DNA of 64,000 nucleotides, taken from NCBI GenBank assembly GCA_039621445.1, contig CP154954.1:31210012-31274011 (forward strand), given 5' to 3'. The translations under genes and the position numbers were made by a program. Position 1 is the first letter of the stretch. Each line of letters starts with the position of its first letter. Under the pieces are notes generated by a model. That model was not told where the DNA came from and searched no databases. It saw only the letters and a list, made by a program, of their open reading frames with translations. This DNA comes from Euglena gracilis (Eukaryota). Shown piece after piece: positions 12,501 through 48,773 of the stretch.

Positions 12501-15500
12501 GTTCTTCATCTTTCCTTTTGATCAATGTGCATCTTGACCCTTCTTTCAACATGAAACAAAAGGTGGAGGAAATGCATTTGATGGGTGCCTTGATTCATAA
12601 GTCCAAAGCAGGCTGTCTGGTGGCGGGTGATTTCAACATACACCGGACAGCACATTCGTTGATGGAACACTCAACACGTGCTTTCGGTGTCCCGGGTTTG
12701 AGGATACCGTATCCTATGGGGCTCCACACAAATCACACACGAGCAGGTAATCGGCTTTCCGACACAGAGATTGATTATATATATGCAAGTGATTTTTTCC
12801 CCCTCAAGTGGCATGGCCTGATTCCGGGTCCGTCTTCCCATGATTGTGTGGTTAACGACCTCATTATACCACATGTTTTTTCTAATTCTCCTTCCTGGAA
12901 GAGGTATCAGTTTGCTAATGTCCCCGCTTCAAAAATTCAACAGGTGGCAATACTTTTGTCATTTTTCTGGTTTTGGTTGCGTGGTCAAGGTGCACATCCC
13001 AATTTGTGGCTCCGTGTTTACTGGTTTTTGGCTGATAGAGTTTTTGCTCCCTATGATCAACACTCCTCGGCTAAGTCTCTCATACAATTGGGGTTGGCAT
13101 GTGCCGACCGCCGCTCGAGTGATCTTCTCATGCAATGGCGGAGCAAATGTGTGGAGCATCGTTTTTTGGCTGGTTTGCAACTCAGCCATGAAGTCGCTTT
13201 GCAAATCAGCCCAACCTCCTTAACAACAAAATTGATCAACACATGTTCCAAAAAGCCGGGGCCGTATCCCAAATTAGCTTCTGGCCGGGGGGAGGATGGG
13301 CAAACTGGCAAGACTTCGGAAGAGGAAATCATCAGTCAATTTAAAATGTATCATGCCAATCGGGGTTTATCCATGAATGTGGGTCATTTGTATGCAGACC
13401 TTGATGTGGTATCAAATCTTCCACAGGATGATCCCTCTTTCTTTCATCTATTTGAGGCCCGTCGTGAAGGGTTATGGAACAATGATCTCATGAGTCGGCG
13501 CCTGCATCTCTTGGCTCGGCCAATGTGACGCTTTGATTCCATCCGAGGCATCACAGAGTCTCTGCGTTGCGGAGGTTCCAATGCCACTTCATTGGATTCG
13601 CTCCCCATGGCAGTTCTACAGCACTTTACCTTGGCAGGCATGGTGGCTTTGAGCCATTATGTGTTTCTTCTACGGGGTCTCCCAAAGGCTCTGAGCAATG
13701 AAGTCATTCAATTGGCCATTCCCAAGGGTGGTCCACAACATTTGTTCACTTCCTATCGGCCCATCAAACTCGGATCCGCCATAAACTGTGTGGAGGCTGG
13801 GTCAGTTCATTTAGAGGCAAGTTTTCGCGCTGAAATGGATGGTTCTTTCACATCCAACCTCTACTCTTATCGGAAGGAAGTGACTCCTTTTATGCTTGCC
13901 TTTGCATTAAGGTCCACAATTTTGCTGTGTTTGAAGGAAACATCAGAGGCCCACATTTTGGATGGTGATGAATCGGGAGCTTTTGATACTCCTGTTCGGG
14001 AGGATTTGGCATTGTTGGATCATATGTGGAAAGGCCAATGTGCTTTTGGTAGTTGGGCTCATCGATTTTACGCCACCCAGAGAATTCGCCTTCTAACACA
14101 TGAGGGTTTGACACAACCGATGAAGACAGGGGATGGCCTGTCACAAGGTTGCAAATTTGCCCCGACCGCTTACAACCTAATTGGCGTTGGGAGGAACATA
14201 ACCTTCATGAAATCATTTCAAAGTACGTTGTGTCACAACGGCTTACCCCTATGTGAATTTATCTATAGTGACGATCGCCGATGGGTCAGCCCCTGTGCGA
14301 ATGATTTGGCTATTGCGGCACGAGTTGCGAATGCTATCTCACAGGAAGCGTGTGCAATCAATAACTTGCAAAAAATGAAGTATGTTGCTTTGAAACGCTG
14401 TGCTGATGGTTCCATTTGTACTTTTCGAACCGAAGTTGCCATCAATGATCAGTGGGTGCAGTCTGTGTGTGAAATTCCTTTGATGGTGGGGTTATCAATG
14501 CAACCAGGTGCTATAAATCCTTCCCTACTCCCCAGAATCAAAATTCGCTTACAAAAATTGCGGCAATTCATAAAGAAATTGAATCCAAATTTCCTGTTGA
14601 CTTTACGTTGTACAATAGCGTATGCGATATCAATACTGGATTATTCCTCCCGGGGCTGTTTTGTTCCATCATCAATTTTGATGAAAGTACAACCTTTCCT
14701 TAATCAAGTAATAAGTGCATGCCTTTCCTTCCCCCCAGACACCCCCATTTCACTGATGACTCTCCCCATGGCACATTTTGGTTGGGGCTTTCCAAATGTG
14801 ACTCATCGAGCCCGACTCCAATTTATTTTGGGTTACTTCGAAGCAATCGATGGTAGGAACAATTTGTGTAGATTCGTGATGCGTCAATCTAGGGATGACT
14901 CCGGTGTGCAGAGTGACTATGCTTTGATTCGTTCTTTATTTACCCAATATGATCTCTCCGAGGTTGTTCCAGCCTCATTTTTTTCCCCATGCCTACCCAG
15001 CCTTTGCCTTTCACTTCAGCATGCCTCCGTACTATATATCACAACGGATGCTTCGCTAGTCTCTCTGCAGGATGGTGTGTTCGATCTTCAACGAGCGGGG
15101 TTGGGTGTTGTCATCACGGATGGCATTGTTTATCAAGAGATCTCGTGGGGGTTCTGTTCCGTGGCAGCTTGTTCCACTGATCTGGAATGGATGGGGAAGC
15201 TTTTGGCAGTTTGGTTGGTGCGCTTCTTCCGGGGCAAGATAGTACTGTTGTGTGACAACTCATCCGTACAACTTTGCAACTTCACACAATGGGTGAAAAA
15301 GAACAAAAAAGAAAAAAAAAAAAAGAAACGTCAAAAACAGAGAAAACCCCCACCCTCTTTCCTCCTCCCCCCCCCCACCGCCCCCCCCGTCTCTTCCTTT
15401 GTTTTACCGTTGAGAGCAAGGGAAAGAAGCGAGCAGGAATCTAAGAACCTAACACTGACAAGTAAGGATAACGTAAAGTACCTGCCTTGGTGACCACTCA

Positions 15501-18500
15501 TTCCGTACAACTTTGCAACTCACACAAATGGTGAAAATTCCCTCTCTCCCTGTGGGTGGACCGTTGGGCAAAGATGATTTTGGGTTTGCCGGTTTGGGAT
15601 CATATCACGGAGGGGTGGCTTCAGGCGGAACACGATTCACTCTCTCAAGGATTGGCATGTTCGTGGCAGAAACGGGCAGATTATTTGGCTGGTTGGGGCT
15701 CAACTCATGTGGAATCGGCTGGTTTCCCTTTGGCTGATATGCTCTCTTCTCTGGCGGACCCCCCCTTTCCTTTGTTTTGGATGGAAGGCTTGATCGTTTC
15801 CTTGAAGAGATTTGTGACCAAGCTCTACGAACTGTGCACTTTCCGTGATTCAGTCGCTTTCGCCACCCTGAATGCTGGTGCCTTTGTCGTCTGATTTGGA
15901 AAAAGTTGGTTTTATCAAGTGATGTTCCATTGGTCATGCACAAAGTGGCAGCCTACCTGCGTGCTGTGCCCTTTTTGTCTCGGAGTGCTCATTACAATGT
16001 GGAATGTCGGTTTTGTCATGCCGAGGTCGGTTTTTTGCCCAGGCACATTGTTGGATGTGTGGGATTGTATGAAGTATTGATCAAGGCTTTCTCGGAGGTC
16101 CTGCAAACAGTATCAACAGGTTCACTGGGTTCAATACTGGAAAGGTCGGACTTGGCTGCGGTTCTGCAATCTCAAAATGAGAGGTGGGTCATTGCACTTC
16201 TTCCTGAAGAAAACGTCGTCCGTGTGCGTCATTTTTTTGAGCAAAAAGGTTTCCTTTTGCTGTGTGTTACATGGTCGGGCCTCATCAGTGTACCACATCG
16301 ATTGAGTATGCTTTTCTCCACAAGTGTTCGTTTGGAATTGTGTGCCATAGTATTACGGACATTATCAGCTGCCCCACGAGGATTCTTCACAACATCAGAT
16401 ATCGACATTCCACCGCACACCAATTTTCGGGGTTTGGTGGGTTGGTCAAGCAACGACGCACGTGGGTGCCAACCGTCTTTCCGGGTCCAACGGAGGCTCG
16501 CATGGATCTTGCTTGCACAATTTGGAGGGTGGTCGTTTGTGTTCTTCTCGTTCCTTGTCGGTATACCTCCCCCCCCCGATGTTTGTATCCACCTGACCTA
16601 TTTGATGTAAGGGTTTTTGCTTGTGATGTTAACCATTGTTTTGTCATCTCTAACCATCCTGGGAGAGGCCCTGCATGCGTGCTGTGTGATTGCCACATAA
16701 CAGCTCCCTCGTATTGGCATCTCCATCGCTCCTATTCCGAAGGTGCGCTGTACATCTCAGCAGACTTCGGCTCATCGCCCCTCTAACCTCCAACACAACG
16801 CTTCGATCAGGGTGCTCCACTTCATGTGTTCTTGTGTATGTCTGTAGCTCATGTATCCTCTTCCCCCCCTATTCATCTACCATCGCTATGTCAAGCACCA
16901 AGGGCATGCGCACTTGCTCATTAACCTCTGCCATGGTGTGCTATACACACTGCGATGTACCGTACGGCGATGTACCCTCTGCAATGCGATTTTATGGATT
17001 GCATCGTTTTGGTTGGTGCTGCCCTCTTTCCACCCTGGTCCGACGTGAGTGGTTGTGATGTTTGGGTTGACTCTTTCCGCTCTCGTTTGGTAGGGCTGTG
17101 TTTGTGCTCGAGTTGTTTGTGCTGCCCCCTTCCCGCTCTCGTCCGGTAGGGCTGAGCGTGTGCTGGTGTTGTTCGTGCTGCCTCCTTCCCGCTCTCGTCC
17201 GGTAGGGCTGAGCGTGTGCTTGTGTTGTTCGTGCTGCCTCCTTCCCGCTCTCGTCCGGTAGGGCTGAGCGTGTGCTTGTTTCGTTCGTGCTGCCCCCTTC
17301 CCGCTCTCGTCCGGTAGGGCTGAATTGTTATTTTATTTTATTTTATTTTATTTTTTTTTTCATTTTCCTTCCTTCCCGCAATAAATGCTAAATAAGCCCC
17401 TTTCGCGTTGCCTGTACCCGCCCAGCCTCACCAAACCAACCCAAACCAGTCAATACCTATAAAAAACCCAGTCCCCCCCCCCTGGGGGGGGGGGGGGGGG
17501 TCGGTCAGTGCTTAAGCAATTGCCTGCTTAGGATGCCAATCGATGAGAATATCCTCTTGTAACCTCAAAATAACCTCAAAATTGCACACCCAAAGAGAGG
17601 ATTGGAATCGACCTTGTCAAAGCGCTGCTACTCACAAAAAATAGCAATCGGTTCGGAATCATGGTCCTATCTCTTAGAGGCTGGCTGCTTCCCTCAAATA
17701 AAGCGCATCACAACGGCTATTTCAGAAGCACCAACGTTGATTGCAGCTTGCACACTGACCGTTAAAATTTGTTCGAAACAAAAAATGGGCGTAAAGCTGC
17801 CACACCCAGATTTTTTTAGGACCCGGGAATATCCCGAGGGGTCCAAAAAATCTCAGCGCTTCGCACCAAAAATAGAGGAAATCCCCCCTGGGGAGAGGTT
17901 TCACTCTCACTCAGTCCGAACCCCCCCCTGGGCCTTTAAATTTTAAAAAATCTCTGGGCTGCCAAGAACAGAACGCAGCCCAGCAAAACCTTCTGCGCCT
18001 CGGAGAGGATGGGCTCGCTCTTCCTCAGCAGCTCGGCGCTGGCACACGCCTCTGCCAGGGCAGAACGGGAAGGCCTGGTGGGGGGGTCGACCCCCCCACC
18101 CGGGAGGTGGGGGGGGGGGGTGGGTCAACCCCCCCCACCCACCACAGCATTTGCACCAATTTCGGGGAAACGGGGATTTTGGCCAGAAAAATTTTTGCTT
18201 CTTTTTTGAAAAATGAACCCAAAACACATGATTTTTTGATGGAAAACCACATTTTTTTCACAAAAAAATCTCAAAATTTTCCGTCCTAAAAACTGGGACT
18301 TTTTAGGGGGGGAAACGAAGGTCAAAAAAAGTGGACAAAATTTTGGCACAGTCAAATTTTACTGACATTTTTTCTCGTTGAACTTTTTTGGACTTTGAAT
18401 AACATTTTTTGCTTCAAAAACCTCTCAAAATCACCCTCTTGAGAAAATGTCAAATTTTTTGAAGGTGTGAAAAAATGGGGTTTTGGGTGGGACCCCCTAT

Positions 18501-18756
18501 GTGGGTCCCAAAATGGGTCAAAAAAACACCCGGCACCGAAGGCGCCGAAAAAATTTTTCGTGTCCAAAAAATTGGTGCTCCCGGAAATACAAGAAGAGGT
18601 GGGAGGGCCGCCTCCCCCCCCCACCCACCACTCTGGCTGTTCGGCCGATTCCCGTTCTGCCCTGGCCTCGGCCCAGAGCTTCTTGGCCGCCTTGCAGTTC
18701 CCCTTTTCCACCTCTGCGGGGTACTGGGCCACGGCGACCTCCAACCGGCTGGCACT
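510..18756 (-). CDS. Multi-exon hypothetical protein (alpha-helical/coiled-coil-like); 5' end, 3' end and some internal junctions unresolved
   Basis: GC3-rich exons with compatible phases: 18756-18668 (SASRLEVAVAQYPAEVEKGNCKAAKKLWA), 18050-17990 (ACASAELLRKSEPILSEAQK), 4101-4007 (ATLQEYERLSVDAGATLDRLQLFTEARDHVA), 2902-2772 (DPLAKLRAQLEKPEEQQDGPAMQKGWALLAD), ~2540-2457 (EADQLLQEVGTLEDIVRRA), 1717-1561 (VSLLLDNRAG...LRDLERARGRRQGQQ), 566-510 (IATECLIGPKAELYVRYPQ). No family recognised. Confidence 0.55.
2916..3490. mobile_element. Copy of the CAGGGCAGAACGGGAA MITE family inside an intron, right end degenerate; other relatives at ~44862-45050 and ~47402-48420
   Basis: Same left TIR and internal sequence (GAAAAATGAACCCAAAACACATGATTTTTTGATGGAAAACCAC) as 18056-18664. 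Confidence 0.75.
5427..6252. mobile_element. hAT (Ac-like) MITE
   Basis: Perfect 19-bp TIR CAGGGATCCTCACACGTCC; flanking duplication CTCTGTC(C); subterminal TTCCGTGA repeats near both ends. Confidence 0.85.
10633..16785 (+). pseudogene. Frameshifted retrotransposon polyprotein: Pro/Cys-rich N-terminal part, APE endonuclease, reverse transcriptase, RNase H, zinc knuckle
   Basis: APE (~12200-12860): MDLNCGG, FIFLQELW, LLINVHLDP, VAGDFN, EIDYIY, SSHD. RT (~13600-14800): YRPIKL, GDESGAFD, GLSQGCKFAP, IYSDD. RNase H (~15030-15700): YITTDAS, AGLGVV, DLEW, LLCDNSSV, WLQAEHD, RADYLA. CRFC...HIVGC at ~16005. Several frameshifts. Confidence 0.88.
17076..17360 (+). repeat. 56-bp tandem repeat (~4.4 copies) plus (TTTTA)n tail at the retrotransposon 3' end
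   Basis: Unit CCCGCTCTCGTCCGGTAGGGCTGAGCGTGTGCT... starts at 17076, 17132, 17188, 17244 and 17300. Confidence 0.9.
18051..18667 (-). other. Nonconventional intron made of an intact hAT-type MITE (element 18056-18664)
   Basis: Perfect 16-bp TIR CAGGGCAGAACGGGAA; TSD GCCGAGGC/GCAGAGGC (minus strand). Removing 3 nt + element + 5 nt gives in-frame KLWAE|ACASAELLRK. A 1-nt slide also allows a GC...AG reading. Confidence 0.75.
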
Positions 18757-20534
18757 CTGCGGAGAAGGTCCGGCCCGGCCTCGCCATGCGGAACCCTCCC
18801 TACCCCCACTACGCCAAACCTGCGGGAAGCGAACCTTCGGAGGCGTCCAGAAGGGGAATGAATGAAATCCAAAGCAGACGGAGCCATGGGACTGGCAACA
18901 CTTTCTTTGCGCTCTCGGCAAAGCAGCAGGGGCGATAAGGCAAAACAGAGGTATTTTTTAAAGGACCCGGGGTTCACTCACCCAGCACCCAGGCCCCCTG
19001 GGGGGCTGGGAGAGCCCAATTTCAAGGATCAGTTTGGGCAAATTCTTTTCAGTGCGAAGAACCGAAAACAGAGGGGCCTCCCCCTCTCCACAGGGTTCCC
19101 ACTCAGCCTGACCCCGGGGGGGGGGGGGGGGTTTGGACCCCAGGGTACGTGATATCGGAGGCCCTTGGAAAACTGCCGGGAAATTGCGGGAAAAAAATTG
19201 CGGAAATTGCAGAAGAATTGCGTGGAATTGTGGTTGCAGTTTTGGGATTTAGCACATTTCTTCCAGAGAGGACTTAACAAAATTTCACAAATTTGGTCAT
19301 TTTGCAACATAGATGTGCTTTGAGCCGTTATTCACATTTTTTTGCAACAAAAAGGTCCAAAAGCATCATTTTGTAGTTTGGGAAATGATCCTGGAAACAT
19401 GGAATTCCTTAGGTCCAAAAATCCAAAAAAAAGACACAACAAATAATTGGAAAAATTTTGTCTCGGGTAAAATCTGGTCCAGGATACTTTTTGAATTTTT
19501 GCTTTTTGGGTTTGAATTTTCCTCAGTCGAAAGTATTTCCCACAAAAATTGGGAGAAAACCTAAAAAAAAAAAGCTGAAAAATTACCAAATTTTGTGAAA
19601 TATTGTAAATTCTGGCAAATGTTGGCAAATTTGCAAAAAAAAAAATCAAAAAAATCACTTGGGGTCCCTTGTGACATGTTCAAGGAATGGCCAGCATTTC
19701 ACCTTCAATCTCAGGTTCAAGCGGAAAAAAAATTGCGGAAAGGGAATAAAAATGCAGAATAATTGCAGAGAATTGCGAAACTTGCAGAAAAATGGCGGAT
19801 ATCAATCCCCCCCTGAAAACCCACATCACCACCAGGTCACCATTTTTTAATATAAAAAAAAGTCTGGTGCAAGTGAAAAAAGTGAGAGCCCACATACGCT
19901 GGTGACTGCCTTTCTGTCCATGGGGCAAGCAACAGGCGGCACTTCTGGAACATTCAACGGCCCTTCGGCTCCGTGAATGCCATTGAGCAGCAGCACCCAC
20001 CAAGCGCCTGGAGAAAAGCAACAGAGCAAGCAAGCCAGGTGAAAACTTCCGTTGGAGCGTCGTTTTGTGCACCCTGTGTTTGTGGGAAGAAGACACCTTT
20101 CCGGCGAGACCCATATCTGCATATCTCCCAAGGAGGGCAAGAACTGTGCAAACAGATATTTGTTATGTGCAAACATTAATTTGAACAATTGGCACCCAGC
20201 CACCAGACAACACGGCGGTAGCCCCACCCTCATTGAAGGTGTGCAGGGGCAACTTACCAACAGGTTGCACTGAACACAAAAAAAGCAGCACAAATGCAAA
20301 AGCCGTGTCCCACGTCGCACAGCTTCGAAGGGTCAAAAGGCGCTGTACAGTGAAAAAAAGGATTCTCGCAGGGTGAGCAGCGTGAAAGAAGGTGCGGCTG
20401 ACGTCTGGATTGCCCCTCGGGCACAGATGCCAGGGGTGTATCAGTCAATGCGCCATATGAACTCAAATGGCCGGGAAAGCCCAGTGTGGTGTGAGGTGCA
20501 AACACATGCGGCCTCGGGCTGCATCGCGTTTGTA

Positions 20535-46640
<26,106 letters not shown>

Positions 46641-46648
46641 AGTTGATG

Positions 46649-46665
46649 CTGAAAAGAAGAAGTGT
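46649..46665 (-). promoter_or_regulatory. Candidate spliced-leader trans-splice acceptor for PPWD1
   Basis: Pyrimidine tract CTTCTTCTTTTCAG ending 8 nt before the ATG. Could equally be a cis-spliced 5'-UTR intron acceptor. Confidence 0.45.
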
Positions 46666-47552
46666 ATGTTGCGGGATTGATCAACAAACACTCAAAACGA
46701 GGACCAAGCGATCAACTGCAATTGACTGGGGTCTTGGTTTGATTTACGGTGCTTCCACTTAATTAAGAATTAGAGCCAATGTGGGAATCACCGTTTCAAA
46801 AAAAAATTGACAAATCGTGGTTGGCTTTTGTTTTTTTAATTTATTTTTAAAACCAAAAAATGCCTAATCCTTAAATAGGACTAAGAACCACAATCGGCAA
46901 CTTTTTGGATGGTGCTTTTTGTTGTTGTATTTTTTTTCTGTTTCATCATCATCATCATCATCATCATCATGACCCTGGCCCCGTTCCCTGCTTTTTTTTT
47001 CAGGATTGACCCCCCCCCGAGAATTTGGGCTTGCTTCTTGTGAAGGCAAAACAGCGCAAAGCACATTGGATGCACCGGGACTCAAGCCCGAGTTTTCCGA
47101 CGCAGCGGCCAGCACACATTCTTTGCCTTCATGCCAACAGCAGGACCCGAAAGTTGCCTCAGGTCTCGCTGAAGTCGTTAGAAATCATCAACAAAACTGG
47201 GTCTTCAGCATGAGTGACGGACATTGTATCAACCACCACAAGAATCGCCGGCTGAAGGCCAGCCCTTTGGCCGAAACCAACCAGCTTTTTGAATAGTTGA
47301 ATAACTCTTTGCAATGAGACACCTCTACGACCCCCACCCCTCCAAAATACTCACGGCCATCCCCCCCAGGACCCTGTCTTGGGAGGGTCCTGGGCCAGGG
47401 TTAGGGCAGAACGGGAAGGCCTGGTGGGTCGACCCCCCCAGCTGGGAGGGGGGGGGGCCACCCACCACAGCATTTTCACCAATTTTGGCCAACGGGGATG
47501 TTGGCCGGGGAAAATTTTTGAAACTTTTTTTTGAAAAACGAACCAAAAATAC

Positions 47553-47731
47553 AGGACTGAAAACACACATCCACCGGATCGAAAACACACATCCACCGGA
47601 ATGAGAACGTACATCCATCAGTCTGGAAACACACATCCACCGGACTGAAAACACACATCCACCGGACTGAAAATGCACATCCACCGGATTGAAAGCACAT
47701 GTCCACCGAACTGAAAATGCACATCCACCGG
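47553..47731. repeat. ~22-bp minisatellite (GGACTGAAAACACACATCCACC), about 8 copies
   Basis: Degenerate tandem array inside a MITE. Confidence 0.85.
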
Positions 47732-47777
47732 TGATTTTTTGATGGAAAACCACATAATTTAACAAAAAAAAATCTCA

Positions 47778-48009
47778 GGGGGTGTTCCCCCCGCCTCCCC
47801 CCCCCCCCCCCCCCCCCGCGTCCCCCCCCCCCGCGTCCCCCCCCCGCGTCCCGGATTTTGGCCGGGCACGTTTTTTGGTCGACCAAAGGAAAATTACATA
47901 CAAATTTAGGTGACGCCAAAGACAACGTGTGGGGTGGTTGGGCCACGGTTCCCCCCCGCGTCCCCCCCGCGGCCCCCCCCCCCCCCCCCCCGCGTCCCGA
48001 ACCACCCCC
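47778..48009. mobile_element. MITE with GGGGGTGTTC termini and 3-bp TSD (PIF/Harbinger-like); second copy at 60661-60894
   Basis: TSD TCA here and CCG at the second copy; shared core GGATTTTGGCCGGGCACGTTTTTTGGT...GGTGACGCCAAAG. Confidence 0.7.
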
Positions 48010-48680
48010 TCAAAAATTTTTAGGTTAAAAATTGGTAGTTTTTAGGAGGGGGTAAAAAAAAACGAAGCTCAAAAAATGGACAAAATTTTGGCACAGTCCA
48101 ATTTTACTGAGACTTTTTCTCTTGGATTTTTTTTTATTTCAAATGGCTTTTTTGCATCAAAAACCGCTCAAAATCAAAATTTTGAGAAAATGTTGATATT
48201 TTGGAAGCAAGGCAGAACGGGAAACGGCCTCGGGGCAAGGTGGTGGGTGGGGGGGGTCGACCACCCCCCCCCACCACCTCTTCCCGTTGTTCTGGTGGCA
48301 CCAATTTTTGGACCCCAAAATTTTTTCCCAGCACCTTAGGCGCCAGGTGTTTTTTTGACCCATTTTGGGACCCATACATGAGGTCCCCCCAAAACCCCCC
48401 CCAAACCCCCATTTTTTCAGGGTCCTAGGGGTCCTAGGGCGGTGGGGTCCTGGGGGTCTTGGGGGGGGCCTGGGTTGCCCTGGATCCTCTCCCCCAACCC
48501 CCCTCTCAGGCTTGTGGGGCGGCAATTTTTGCTATATGTGTCCCTCAACCCCCCCTTGCACCCTCACTTCCCATTTTGTAAGGAAACTATTTTGACTTTT
48601 TCGCCTTAGAAATGGCCGGGCTGGCGGGGCTGGTGATGTGTGGGGGTGAAACCGAACAAAATGGTTTTCCTAGTCTCAGC

Positions 48681-48773
48681 ATTTTCGGAATTGCAAAATT
48701 CGATTTGAAAATTTTCGGAATTGCAAAATTCGATTTGAAAATTTTCGGAATTGCAAAATTCGATTTGAAAATT
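48681..48773. repeat. 30-bp tandem repeat x3
   Basis: ATTTTCGGAATTGCAAAATTCGATTTGAAA repeated. Confidence 0.9.

Larger units (their letters stand above)
4571..17456 (+). mobile_element. Large non-LTR retrotransposon (APE-RT-RNase H-CCHC; I/Ingi-group-like architecture), antisense within an intron
   Basis: Bounded by the two halves of the host MITE. 3' end has 56-bp tandem repeats and a (TTTTA)n/T tail. Membership of the 5' 6 kb is inferred only from the MITE boundaries. Confidence 0.7.
4283..17526. mobile_element. hAT-type MITE split by a ~12.9-kb retrotransposon insertion
   Basis: TIR CATACAATTGCTTA / TAAGCAATTGCCTG; perfect 8-bp TSD CTTAGGAT at 4275-4282 and 17527-17534. The two halves resemble the intact sibling at 29545-30020 (CAGTCAGTCAC motifs). 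Confidence 0.85.

Noticed and set aside
15295-15537. ~240-nt insert in the RNase H region with a ~40-nt duplication
   Set aside because: Low complexity, no paired ends, and the second copy degrades gradually. It looks like a long-read or consensus artefact rather than an intron or TSD.
47553-47731. Possible CRISPR-like array (also 17076-17323, 48681-48773, 58425-58560)
   Set aside because: Tandem units with no unique spacers, no cas genes, and a eukaryotic context.
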